Source: Deltaproteobacteria bacterium
GTDB taxonomy: Bacteria; Desulfobacterota; Desulfobacteria; Desulfobacterales; JAFDMD01
Assembly (NCBI GenBank): GCA_019306065.1
Contig: JAFDMF010000013.1
Span: 12,324 to 76,323, forward strand
Reading direction: 5' to 3'
DNA: 64,000 nt
Shown here: in pieces, positions 18,275-27,300 of the stretch
How the letters are laid out: the number at the start of each line of letters is the position of its first letter
Position numbering within the stretch: position 1 is the stretch's first letter
The notes under the pieces: model-generated
Told to the model about the DNA's origin: nothing
Database searches by the model: none
What the model saw: only the letters and a program-made list of their open reading frames with translations
Made by a program: the position numbers and the translations under genes

Positions 18275-18595
18275 ATGTCTCCTGCCGATAATAATATAAA
18301 ATTAATATTACTCGGTTTCGGAGTTGCTTTGTTTAGCGCGTGTATAGGCATTGGAGGCGGAACCCTGCTAGTATCGTTGCTCATGTCTATATTCAATTTC
18401 GATTTCAAAAAAGCGGCGGCTACATCTTTGGCTACTATAATACCAATAAGCTTTACCGGAGCGGTTGTCGGTTCCATAATATCGGGGAATCTTCCGGGTC
18501 CGATAATAAAAAAAATATTCGGTATTTTTTTATTTTTAATAGCATTAAATTATATAATCGAAGCTTTTTACCGAAAACACGGGTCAGTTATTTAA
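18275..18595 (+). CDS. short TSUP (TauE/SafE)-like membrane protein, about half normal length
   Basis: Motif GIGGGTLLVSLL, typical of the TSUP family. Only 106 aa. Confidence 0.45.
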   Translation: MSPADNNIKLILLGFGVALFSACIGIGGGTLLVSLLMSIFNFDFKKAAATSLATIIPISFTGAVVGSIISGNLPGPIIKKIFGIFLFLIALNYIIEAFYRKHGSVI

Positions 18596-18660
18596 CTCCC
18601 GTAGAAAAAAGCCGTATTCTATTTAATTATAGCATTGGATTAAAAAAAGGCGTAACAATT

Positions 18661-19377
18661 ATGGATTTATATAACAGATTAAAAAAAGCTTTGGAAGATA
18701 AGATAAAAGAATATAATCTTTCCGGGCAAAATATCAGCATTCGATGCAAAATTCTTTCGGCTTCAGAGGCTATAGGAAAGCCGTCGGATGAAGATTATCC
18801 CATAATAAAAGGAAAAGAGGTAATGGTAGAAGCCGTTTTTAAAGGCGCAAAAGGACAGGCTTTTACCGAAGAGTTTGAAAATACCGATTACTCCGTAGAA
18901 GATTTACTAAAAATAAGCTTAAATTCAAATAAAAAAAGAGCAAGCTTTATAGCCGCATTAAACGCCATTTTCAGACATCTTAAACTTTGCGATAAAACGG
19001 TTCATTGTAAAGATAATGAACCTAAAGAATGCGCGTGCGGTTTATCCGATATTGGACGCGGTTATAATAATATTTTACTTATAGGGTATCAGCCCAGATT
19101 TCTTGAAGCGCTTATAGCGGATCATAATGTAAGAGTTTTGGATATGGATAATGATAACATAGGCTCAAAGCGTTTCGGCATATTAATCGAATCCCCTGAT
19201 ATAACGAAGGATGCCGTAAAATGGTCTGATTTAATATTTGCCACAGGTTCTACCATAGTAAACGGCACAATCGACAATTTTATCAATAAAAACAAGCCTG
19301 TTACATTCTACGGAGTTACAATTTCGGCTGCCGCAAAAATATTGAATTTAAAAACATATTGTTATTGCGGGCATTAA
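18661..19377 (+). CDS. DUF364-like Rossmann-domain protein (putative metal-chelation family)
   Basis: Internal ATG of track ORF 18340..19377. The upstream part of that ORF overlaps the TSUP gene in another frame. Confidence 0.5.
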   Translation: MDLYNRLKKALEDKIKEYNLSGQNISIRCKILSASEAIGKPSDEDYPIIKGKEVMVEAVFKGAKGQAFTEEFENTDYSVEDLLKISLNSNKKRASFIAALNAIFRHLKLCDKTVHCKDNEPKECACGLSDIGRGYNNILLIGYQPRFLEALIADHNVRVLDMDNDNIGSKRFGILIESPDITKDAVKWSDLIFATGSTIVNGTIDNFINKNKPVTFYGVTISAAAKILNLKTYCYCGH

Positions 19378-19418
19378 TAATTTGATTTTCAGGCTTTAGA
19401 CGCCGGCGGGTTAATTCT

Positions 19419-19619
19419 CTAATCCTTTTCTCGGTTATAAAATTTTATGCGCGTAATAGCCTTTTTCCCAATAACGTTTAAGATTCCCCTGCGTCCATTC
19501 AAAAACCGAATGAATATAAACGTTAGATTCGTAAATTTGGCATATAATACGATACGGCTTAAATAGAGTTCAATAATATCTTGTTTAGCATCGTCAATAA
19601 GATAAACTTTGCAATTCAC
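19419..19619 (-). pseudogene. RelE/ParE-type toxin remnant
   Basis: N-terminus VNCKVYLIDDAKQDIIELY resembles ParE/RelE. The rest does not stay in a plausible frame; YESNVYIHSVFEWTQGNLKRYWEKGYYAHKIL appears in an alternative frame. Confidence 0.4.
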
Positions 19620-19857
19620 ATCGAATGCCTCTTATTAATTTTGGCTCCATTTCTTTAAAAGCTTCGGATACAGGTTTGAATTTTCCTTGATTTAAACTTT
19701 TGTTACTAATAGCTAATATTTTTAACAAAGTAATGCTCTCTTGTAATTGTTCATAAGAACGGACTTATGCCTCGCCGTTTTAAGTTATAATCATTGTTTT
19801 ATTATTATCGACTACATCTTTAATTACTTACGAGGCATAAGTTTTAAAGTCACTCAT
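19594..19857 (-). pseudogene. Phd/YefM-type antitoxin with three in-frame TAA codons
   Basis: Reads MSDFKTYAS*VIKDVVDNNKTMIIT*NGEA*VRSYEQLQESITLLKILAISNKSLNQGKF... Stops lie at 19828-30, 19780-82 and 19765-67. The 3' end overlaps the toxin start. Confidence 0.55.
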
Positions 19858-19918
19858 CGATTTTACTGTTTCGCTATCATTCATTTTACAAAAAGCAAGA
19901 ATAAAAAGTTTAATTCGC

Positions 19919-20617
19919 TTAATTTTTATATCCTGTAAAAAGAGTGGCAACCCCTAAGCTTAATTTTTTAATCCTGATATTTTTAAAACCGAATTTTTCC
20001 ATCATTTTAACGAATTCAGAAGTTTTTGGAAATTTCATAACAGAGTCCGGCAGATATTTATAAGCCTGAAAATTTTTTGAAAACAGCCCGCCTATTAAAG
20101 GAAGAATCTTTTTAAAATACAACATGTAAAGCTCCATAAAAAAACGGTTTTCCGGAGCCGTAAGTTCTAAGATCAAAACCGATCCGCCCGGTTTTAATAC
20201 CCTTATAAACTCCGTTAAAACTCGCTTTTTATCCTCTATATTTCTTATTCCGAAAGCTATTGTTACGACATCGAAATGGTTATTTTCAAAAGGAAGCAAA
20301 AGAGCGTCTGCGGCAACAAAAAATAGGTTTGTATAATCTGTTATATCCTTTTTTTTTTGCGCTATAAGAAGCATCTCTTCCGAAAAATCGGTTCCGTAAA
20401 TTTTAATTTTTTTATACCTCTTTGCAATTTCAAAGGCTACGTCTCCGGTTCCGCAGGCTGTATCAAGAAGATTTTTTACGCCGCCAACAGAAGCCGCCAT
20501 TATTTTACGCCAGTATATATCTTGACCCAAACTTAAAAGCCTATTTAAAAAATCGTATTTCGGAGCTATCGCGTTAAACATTTTTCTTATAAATATATTG
20601 GTATTATTCATTGACAA
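19919..20617 (-). CDS. ubiE: demethylmenaquinone/ubiquinone-type SAM methyltransferase
   Basis: Has YDFLNRLLSLGQDIYWR and LDTACGTGD motifs. Confidence 0.85.
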   Translation of the reverse strand: MSMNNTNIFIRKMFNAIAPKYDFLNRLLSLGQDIYWRKIMAASVGGVKNLLDTACGTGDVAFEIAKRYKKIKIYGTDFSEEMLLIAQKKKDITDYTNLFFVAADALLLPFENNHFDVVTIAFGIRNIEDKKRVLTEFIRVLKPGGSVLILELTAPENRFFMELYMLYFKKILPLIGGLFSKNFQAYKYLPDSVMKFPKTSEFVKMMEKFGFKNIRIKKLSLGVATLFTGYKN

Positions 20618-20806
20618 CCTTCTATTAAGTATTAATGTTAAATAATTTATATGTGTTTTATTGAAGTTGTCAATAACAACACTTTTAAAAAAAACGGATT
20701 ATATTAAAAAGTGAGGAAACTTTTAATTATTTAATTTTAATTACTCCTTTTAAAAGGAGAAGAAATAATCCTTTATTATGATTTTAAAAAAGTCGGGAAG
20801 GCATAA

Positions 20807-21913
20807 ATGACAGATAAACGTTGCTATTATGATATTTTAGAGGTGGGAAAAGAGGCGTCTGCAGATGAAATAAAAACCGCTTACAGAAAAAAAGCGTTTA
20901 AGTTTCATCCTGATAAAAATCCGGGTAATAAAGAGGCGGAAGAAAAATTTAAAGAAGCCTCCAAAGCTTACGAAGTTCTTAGAGATACTGAAAAAAGAAG
21001 AAGATATAATCAATTCGGGCATGAAGGATTAAACAGAACCGGGTTTTCCGATTTTAAAGGATTTGAAGATATTGTTTCCGGTTTCGGAGATATATTCGAA
21101 GATTTTTTCGGATTCTCTTCGCAAAGAGGAGGTAAAAGAAACGCTCCCCGAATAAAAAGAGGAGCGGATATTCGTTATGATTTAACCTTAACATTTCAAC
21201 AAGCCGCATTTGGAACAAATACCGAAATTAATATAACTAAAGATGAAACATGTTCCGGATGTTACGGTTCCGGATGTAAGCCCGGAGCTCAGCCGAAAGT
21301 ATGTTTTAAATGCGGCGGAACAGGACAGGTTGATCAAAGACAAGGGTTTTTTACTCTGCGGATGGAATGTTCCGAATGCGCAGGTCATGGGGTTATAATA
21401 GATTCTCCTTGCGGAAAGTGTAGGGGAAGAGGTAAAAAGCGAATTGATAAAACAGTATCTTTAAAAATACCCGCCGGAGTTTACAGCGGCGCTCGTCTAA
21501 AATTAAGCGGAGAAGGAGAACCCGGAGAAAACGGCGGATCAGACGGAGTTCTGTATGTATTTATAAATGTTGAGCCTCATCAATATTTTAAAAGAGAAAA
21601 CAACGATATTATCTGTAGCGTCGCTATAAGTTTTGTTCAGGCATCCTTGGGAGATACCATTAAAGTTGAAACTCTAAAAGGAGAAAAAGAGTTAAAAATA
21701 CCGGAAGGGATACAGAGCGGAGATATTTTACGTTTTGAACAGGATGGTATTCCTGATATTAGAAATAGGAATATAAAAGGGGATCAAATAATGATAATAG
21801 AGGTAAAAACCCCTACAAAACTTAATGCTAAACAGAAAAAACTGCTTAAAGAATTTGAAAAGTTAGAATCGAAAAAGCTTTCCAATAAAATAAAAAAATT
21901 TTTAAATAAATAA
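20807..21913 (+). CDS. dnaJ: molecular chaperone DnaJ
   Basis: J domain with HPDKN, a G/F region and four CxxCxGxG zinc-finger repeats. Confidence 0.9.
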   Translation: MTDKRCYYDILEVGKEASADEIKTAYRKKAFKFHPDKNPGNKEAEEKFKEASKAYEVLRDTEKRRRYNQFGHEGLNRTGFSDFKGFEDIVSGFGDIFEDFFGFSSQRGGKRNAPRIKRGADIRYDLTLTFQQAAFGTNTEINITKDETCSGCYGSGCKPGAQPKVCFKCGGTGQVDQRQGFFTLRMECSECAGHGVIIDSPCGKCRGRGKKRIDKTVSLKIPAGVYSGARLKLSGEGEPGENGGSDGVLYVFINVEPHQYFKRENNDIICSVAISFVQASLGDTIKVETLKGEKELKIPEGIQSGDILRFEQDGIPDIRNRNIKGDQIMIIEVKTPTKLNAKQKKLLKEFEKLESKKLSNKIKKFLNK

Positions 21914-21924
21914 GGATGTAATCA

Positions 21925-22308
21925 ATGTTTGAGTTAAAGGTTGTTACAAATTTTGCAGCCGCGCATCAGCTTGATTTAACTGGTAGAAAATGCGAAAATC
22001 TGCATGGTCATAATTGGAAAATAGAGGTTTTTACAACAGGTAAAAAGCTTGATAACAGCGGTGTTTTGTTAGATTTCGGAATAATAAAACAAAATCTTAA
22101 AAACGTTATAAACAATTTAGATCATAAATTTTTAAACGAACTTCCGCTTTTTACAGAAAAATTCCCCCCTTCTTCCGAAAATATAGCCCGTTATATAGGC
22201 TTGGAAATAGAAAAGCTTTTAAATAAAGAAGCAGCAGGGGTAAAAATATCGAAAGTGACCGCTTGGGAGTCCGACACCTCTGCCGCATCTTGGATTAATC
22301 CAGTTTAA
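21925..22308 (+). CDS. queD: 6-carboxy-5,6,7,8-tetrahydropterin synthase
   Basis: FAAAHQL...CENLHGHNW motif of the PTPS/QueD family. Confidence 0.8.
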   Translation: MFELKVVTNFAAAHQLDLTGRKCENLHGHNWKIEVFTTGKKLDNSGVLLDFGIIKQNLKNVINNLDHKFLNELPLFTEKFPPSSENIARYIGLEIEKLLNKEAAGVKISKVTAWESDTSAASWINPV

Positions 22309-22390
22309 ATTTGTTAGAAGATTTTCCAAATTGTTTGCTCCGCTTCTTGCTTATTCGCTTCGGAACGCAGAAAATAGGCAAAATACTTTG

Positions 22391-24985
22391 TTATACGGGG
22401 CGTATCTTACAATATACTTCATTATAATCTTTTATTTGCTCCGATACTTTCAGCAGATCATTTCTTACGGAAATGCCAAATAGTTTTTCATTTTCTTTAA
22501 GATATGGCAATATTAAATTCCAGTCCGCATCGGTTAATTGAGCTATTTCTCCTCTGTTTAACTGCTCTTTTTGAATTGTTTTGTAAAAATCTCTTATATA
22601 AACTGCGCCTCCTGATGCCAGAGAAAAAAGATTCGACCCTGAATAAGGGTTTTTTAAAGAGACAACTTTTCCTTCTTCGTTGAATTCAACTCCGTTTAAT
22701 ATAACAAAACCTCCGCCGTTTAAAGGATCTCCAGCCATAAAAGATTCCGCAAGATAATCAAGACATGTTCCGTTAATAACAACTTTAGGGCTGCCTGTGG
22801 CATTGATAAGGGGGCGTCCGGCAAGATTTCCCATTACAAAAACATCTCCGCCTTTTGCGCCATACATAAAAGTCTGCCCAGCGTCTCCGTATATTACAAG
22901 TTTGCCGCTTTTCATAATTTGCCCTAGCTGATCCTGAGCGTTATTATGAACATAAATTTCAAGCCCGTCTATTCCGGAAGCAAGATAATCTCCCGAGCTT
23001 CCGTAAACATCTATTCTTACTCCGTTTGAGTTTTTTAAAAAACCGCATCCGCAAAATCTTTGCCCTTTATATCCGTAACATATAAAACGTTTCCAGCCTA
23101 ATCTATAAGCTCTGCAAATAAAGGTAGCGTCGCAATCGTCTCCCTCTGGCGGAAAATCTACAGCGCTTATTACCAAAAGCCTCTCTTTTTCTTTCGGCGC
23201 TCTTATATCGGCAGCGTTTTTTTTATCTATATAAGCGTAGATAGATTCTCCATTGTTAATTTTTAAAAGCGCGGTTGAGGCAAAAATCTTATCAAGCCTT
23301 TTTCTTACTGCCGCAAGAATCAAACTTCTTTTTTTATCTCCGATATAATAGTGCATATCATTAAGGTAAGTTAAAATCTCTATTGCTTTTTCTTTAGGTT
23401 CATCTCCTTTTTTTGCATAAGATAGAAGCTTGTCTAATAAAGAGTCTGTTTCTTTATAATCGGAAACCTCCATATAAGCTTTGCATAAGTCTTTTAAAAT
23501 TTTTAAAGGTTCGGTTTCTATCTTTTTATCAATTATATTAAAAAGGTTATCCGCATCTTTATTTTTTGCGTTTTTTGTCTCTTTTTCAAAATTTTTTTGT
23601 TTATAAGGAGCGGTTATTATATCTCCGAATTTATTTGAGCATACAAGAGTCTTCTTGCCTTTATTCTCTTTGTCATCTTTTACCGTAAAGATAAAGGCGC
23701 CGCCGTCTGTAGCGCTTCCGCCTCTTGCGTTCCAGTAAATATCGGCTACAGGGCAAAATCTGTTATCTTCTTCGGCAAGGCTTTCTAATGTTGCGTCAAT
23801 CGCCTGCTTTTCAGAACAGATTAAACCGATTTTAACCTCTGAATCCTGCAAAGCAAAAACCTGCGGTCTTAACATAGAAGTATCTGTAATTCCTATAAGC
23901 TTAAAAGTTTTTTCGGACGGATTGTTTTCTGCTATTATAAAAAACCAAGGACCATCTGGCGAAGAGTTTATATGAGACGATTGAATATATCTGTATATCT
24001 CCTTTTTTTTGGCGGGCAAAAGATCAAAATCGTATTCCGTAGTGGGCGCGATAGCTTCTATTACATATTCGGTAGGATATTGGTAAGTTCTTTTAAGAAG
24101 ATCTATCATCAAAACCGCCACTTCAGTATCTGTTAAAAACTGAGGAAAAATATTATGCTGTTTAAGATATTCGCTTACTGCATGATAATTTGCAAAATCG
24201 CCGTTATGAACCAAAGCTTCATGCATCCCTATAAAAGGGTGAGCGCCTCCTGGATGCCACACTTTTCCTTTGGTAGGGTATCTTTGATGAGCAATCCAGC
24301 CATGAGCTTTAAAATCTTCTAACTTATAATATAAAACCGCGTTTTCGGCGTATCCGACAATCTTTAAGATCATCATATTTTTTCCATGAGACAAAACAAA
24401 TGCTTTTTGCTCGCCAAGAGAAGAATAGAAATTTTTATTTAAGCGGATCGAATTTTGATAAACAAATTCATCTTCCGCTTTTTCACGTTCAAGTTTCTGA
24501 AGCCTGTTTTGCCTGATAAATTGTTCCAAAACTTCTTCTTTTACCCTTACAAAATAGCGCAGCGCATCAGGAGGTTGAACTTCAAGCCCGTCAATTTTTC
24601 TATAATCTTTTACCGAAGGAATAATTCCGCCGTCATAAATATCAAAAAAAGGGTCTATATTTGCGGCTTCCACATCCTTTCGGAATTTTTTATCAAGAAG
24701 CGCTACGTTAAGCAGATAATGAGAATCAAGAATTTTTTGAGGAACTCCCAAATCTTCGGCGCAAAGCCCTACCGCGGCTATTCCGCCGCCTTTGCCGTTG
24801 CCTCTGTTGTGCATCTGAACCGAAGGTTTATAAATATGTTTTCCTTTTACCGGAATCGAGCAGATAAAGCCGGTTACTCCGCAGCCGCCTTCATCCGCGT
24901 TTTTTGAAATTATTTTTTGATCTTTATCAAACAGTTTAGCTCTTGAATCTGTTAAAGTTTTTGCAATGGTATTTTGGGAAGTCAT
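22391..24985 (-). CDS. glutamate-synthase-related fusion protein (class-II glutamine amidotransferase domain + GXGXG domain)
   Basis: N-terminal GCGVTGF Ntn-type motif. C-terminal YGSSGDYLASG...YGDAGQTFMYGAKGG repeats are typical of the GltB C-terminal domain. Confidence 0.7.
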   Translation of the reverse strand: MTSQNTIAKTLTDSRAKLFDKDQKIISKNADEGGCGVTGFICSIPVKGKHIYKPSVQMHNRGNGKGGGIAAVGLCAEDLGVPQKILDSHYLLNVALLDKKFRKDVEAANIDPFFDIYDGGIIPSVKDYRKIDGLEVQPPDALRYFVRVKEEVLEQFIRQNRLQKLEREKAEDEFVYQNSIRLNKNFYSSLGEQKAFVLSHGKNMMILKIVGYAENAVLYYKLEDFKAHGWIAHQRYPTKGKVWHPGGAHPFIGMHEALVHNGDFANYHAVSEYLKQHNIFPQFLTDTEVAVLMIDLLKRTYQYPTEYVIEAIAPTTEYDFDLLPAKKKEIYRYIQSSHINSSPDGPWFFIIAENNPSEKTFKLIGITDTSMLRPQVFALQDSEVKIGLICSEKQAIDATLESLAEEDNRFCPVADIYWNARGGSATDGGAFIFTVKDDKENKGKKTLVCSNKFGDIITAPYKQKNFEKETKNAKNKDADNLFNIIDKKIETEPLKILKDLCKAYMEVSDYKETDSLLDKLLSYAKKGDEPKEKAIEILTYLNDMHYYIGDKKRSLILAAVRKRLDKIFASTALLKINNGESIYAYIDKKNAADIRAPKEKERLLVISAVDFPPEGDDCDATFICRAYRLGWKRFICYGYKGQRFCGCGFLKNSNGVRIDVYGSSGDYLASGIDGLEIYVHNNAQDQLGQIMKSGKLVIYGDAGQTFMYGAKGGDVFVMGNLAGRPLINATGSPKVVINGTCLDYLAESFMAGDPLNGGGFVILNGVEFNEEGKVVSLKNPYSGSNLFSLASGGAVYIRDFYKTIQKEQLNRGEIAQLTDADWNLILPYLKENEKLFGISVRNDLLKVSEQIKDYNEVYCKIRPV

Positions 24986-25021
24986 TTTTTTCCTCTGTTT
25001 ATATTTTAATTAAGGGATTTC

Positions 25022-25116
25022 TTCTCGCTGCGCTCGTCGAAATGACAGGCAAAAATAACAGACGGGCATTACAGGGCAAAAAAAAATCCTTCCCGTCTTG
25101 TCGAGCGAAGCGAGAA
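25022..25116. repeat. imperfect long inverted repeat (family 3: TTCTCGCT[G/T]CGCTCG... arms)
   Basis: The left arm ttctcgctgcgctcgtcgaaatgacagg is imperfectly complementary to the right arm cccgtcttgtcgagcgaagcgagaa. Related copies lie at 873-941 and 1-40. Confidence 0.6.
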
Positions 25117-25499
25117 ATCACTTTATTGTTTCCTTTACCTTTTTATAATCGTCCTTTTCTGTGTCTACAATTTTTTCAGTTACGGGGCTTTCCTCTGTTT
25201 GTATTTTTATTATGATTTTTTTTTTATACAATGCTTTAAATCAAGCGACCGAGGATATTTTACTACCGCAACTTATCAGAAGGCATATATTATTAAAAAA
25301 AGGTTTATTCAAGCAAAAGATATAAGGAACAAGAGGAATAAGATTAAGCCTGCTTATTTGAGACGATTTTTTGAGCGGACATAATTTTTTGTTTGCTAAT
25401 CGCCGATTTTTTGATATTAATTCTACGATTAACACGTAAAATTTTTGCCTGAAGCGTAGAATTATTTTATATTTTGTATCTTAATTTAAGGAAACAATT

Positions 25500-26609
25500 A
25501 TGGCATACCCATTGAATAAGATTACCATAAAAGGTTTTAAGTCTATAAAGTCTCTTGAGAAATTTGAGCTTAAAAGCATAAATGTTCTTATAGGAGCAAA
25601 CGGAGCGGGAAAAAGTAATTTTATAGATTTTTTTCGTATGATTCGCGCTATGATGGAACTTCCTTTGCCCGGGCTGAAAAGCCCGAGTTTACAAACTTAT
25701 GTGGCGGACGGAGGAGGAAGCGACGATTTTTTGTTTAACGGACCTAAAATAACGGAAAATATTGAAACGGAGCTGATGTTCGGAGCTAACGGCTACCGTT
25801 TTAAACTTGCTCCTACCTCGGATGAAACCTTTATGATAAATGATGAGGCGAATCATTATATACATTATTCTCAAGGTTGGTATAATTTGGGAAGCGGGCA
25901 TTATCGTCCCAAATTGCTTGAAAATATGAAGAGTAAATCTGAAGTTCCGCGTCATATTTATAACGCTATTGATTCATGGAGAATTTATCATTTTCACGAT
26001 ACAAGCAAATTTTCTCCTATGCGCCGTTCCGAATCTGTTTATGATAATGATTATTTTAGGTTTGACGCTGCCAATATTGCCCCTTTTTTACTTTATTTGA
26101 AAGCTAGAAAAAAGGATGTTTATGACCGTATTATAGATACAATCCGTTTGACTGCCCCTTTTTTCGAAAATTTTATTTTAAAGCCGGATTTAAACGAAAA
26201 AGCGCGTCTTCTTTGGCATCATAAAGGTTTCGATTATCCGCTTAAACCGAGTCATTTATCAGACGGAACTCTTAGGTTTATTTGTTTGGCGGTTGCATTA
26301 TTGCAGCCTTATTTGCCTTCTACTATGATTATTGACGAGCCGGAATTGGGGCTTCATCCTTATGCGATTGAAATTTTGGCGGAACTTATTAAGTCTGCCG
26401 CAAACAAAACTCAGCTTATAATATCTACTCAATCTCCGGCTCTTGTAGATTTTTTTGAGCCGCAAGATATTGTTGTGGTTGATAGAAATAAGGGAGAATC
26501 TATTTTAAAACGGCTTGATAAGGCAGATTTTAATTTGTGGCTTGAGGATTATTCGCTCGGAGAGCTCTGGCGAAAAAATATTATTGAGGGAACGCCGGGT
26601 TATGAATAG
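25500..26609 (+). CDS. ABC/SMC-like AAA ATPase (AAA_21/COG4637-like), first gene of a two-gene cassette
   Basis: Starts ITIKGFKSIKS. Walker A is GANGAGKSN, signature-like LSDGTLRF, Walker B MIIDEPELGLHP, then IISTQSP. Confidence 0.8.
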   Translation: MAYPLNKITIKGFKSIKSLEKFELKSINVLIGANGAGKSNFIDFFRMIRAMMELPLPGLKSPSLQTYVADGGGSDDFLFNGPKITENIETELMFGANGYRFKLAPTSDETFMINDEANHYIHYSQGWYNLGSGHYRPKLLENMKSKSEVPRHIYNAIDSWRIYHFHDTSKFSPMRRSESVYDNDYFRFDAANIAPFLLYLKARKKDVYDRIIDTIRLTAPFFENFILKPDLNEKARLLWHHKGFDYPLKPSHLSDGTLRFICLAVALLQPYLPSTMIIDEPELGLHPYAIEILAELIKSAANKTQLIISTQSPALVDFFEPQDIVVVDRNKGESILKRLDKADFNLWLEDYSLGELWRKNIIEGTPGYE

Positions 26610-27300
26610 AATTACGATTAATATTATTGTAGAAGGGCAGACGGAACAACATTTTGTAAAAACTGTGCTTGCGCCTTATATGTCTGCAAAAGGAATTGAT
26701 TTGTATGCTTCAATACTCGGAAAACCCGGTCATAAAGGGGGTAATGTTTCTTTTAAAAGGGTAAAAAAGCATATAGAAATTTTTTTAAAACAGCGGCAAG
26801 ATACTTATATATCTACTATGCTTGATTATTTTAAAATCGATTCGGATTGGACCGGAAAAGCGGAAGCGGAAGATCGGATAAAAGGCGGTTTGTCTGTTAC
26901 CGCCGAGGATAAAGCAAATATTTTGGAAAATGCAACTTTTAAGGAGATTGAAAAGGATTTATCGGACTATAATGTAAAAAAACGTTTTATTCCTTATTTT
27001 TCGATGTATGAGTTTGAGGCTCTTCTTTTTAGCGATGCAAATATATTGGCTGAAAAAACAAATATAAAGGTATCCGAAATTAGTAAAATACTTAAAGATT
27101 ATAAAGATAATCCTGAAGAGATAGACGAAGAACCTGCAAAGGCTCCGGGAAAACGACTTATTGCGTTAATGCCCGGATACCGAAAAATTGCTATGGGCAA
27201 GACTGTTGCCGAAGCCATAGGCATTGAAGATATAAGAAAAAAATGCTTCCATTTTAACGGATGGTTACAAAAATTGGAGGATATTAAAGTTAATAATTGA
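26602..27300 (+). CDS. DUF4276-like protein (possible TOPRIM-like fold), second gene of the cassette
   Basis: ATG at 26602 overlaps the ATPase stop (ATGAATAG). N-terminus MNRITINIIVEGQTEQHFVK...YFSMYEFEALLF resembles the DUF4276 family as I recall it. The track start at 26515 is inside the upstream gene. Confidence 0.65.
   Translation: MNRITINIIVEGQTEQHFVKTVLAPYMSAKGIDLYASILGKPGHKGGNVSFKRVKKHIEIFLKQRQDTYISTMLDYFKIDSDWTGKAEAEDRIKGGLSVTAEDKANILENATFKEIEKDLSDYNVKKRFIPYFSMYEFEALLFSDANILAEKTNIKVSEISKILKDYKDNPEEIDEEPAKAPGKRLIALMPGYRKIAMGKTVAEAIGIEDIRKKCFHFNGWLQKLEDIKVNN

Noticed and set aside
18340-18660. Long 5' extension of ORF 18340..19377.
   Set aside because: It overlaps the TSUP-like gene in another frame. 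The DUF364-like homology starts at MDLYNRLKK (18661).
19765-19830. Three in-frame TAA codons in the YefM-like gene, considered as evidence for TAA reassignment or read-through.
   Set aside because: TAA terminates most intact genes in this window at positions matching family lengths, so reassignment is not tenable. A pseudogene is the simpler reading.
25199-25435. Track ORFs 25199..25384+ and 25241..25435- in the spacer upstream of the ATPase gene.
   Set aside because: No SD, mutually overlapping, basic low-complexity products. They are treated as non-coding spacer.
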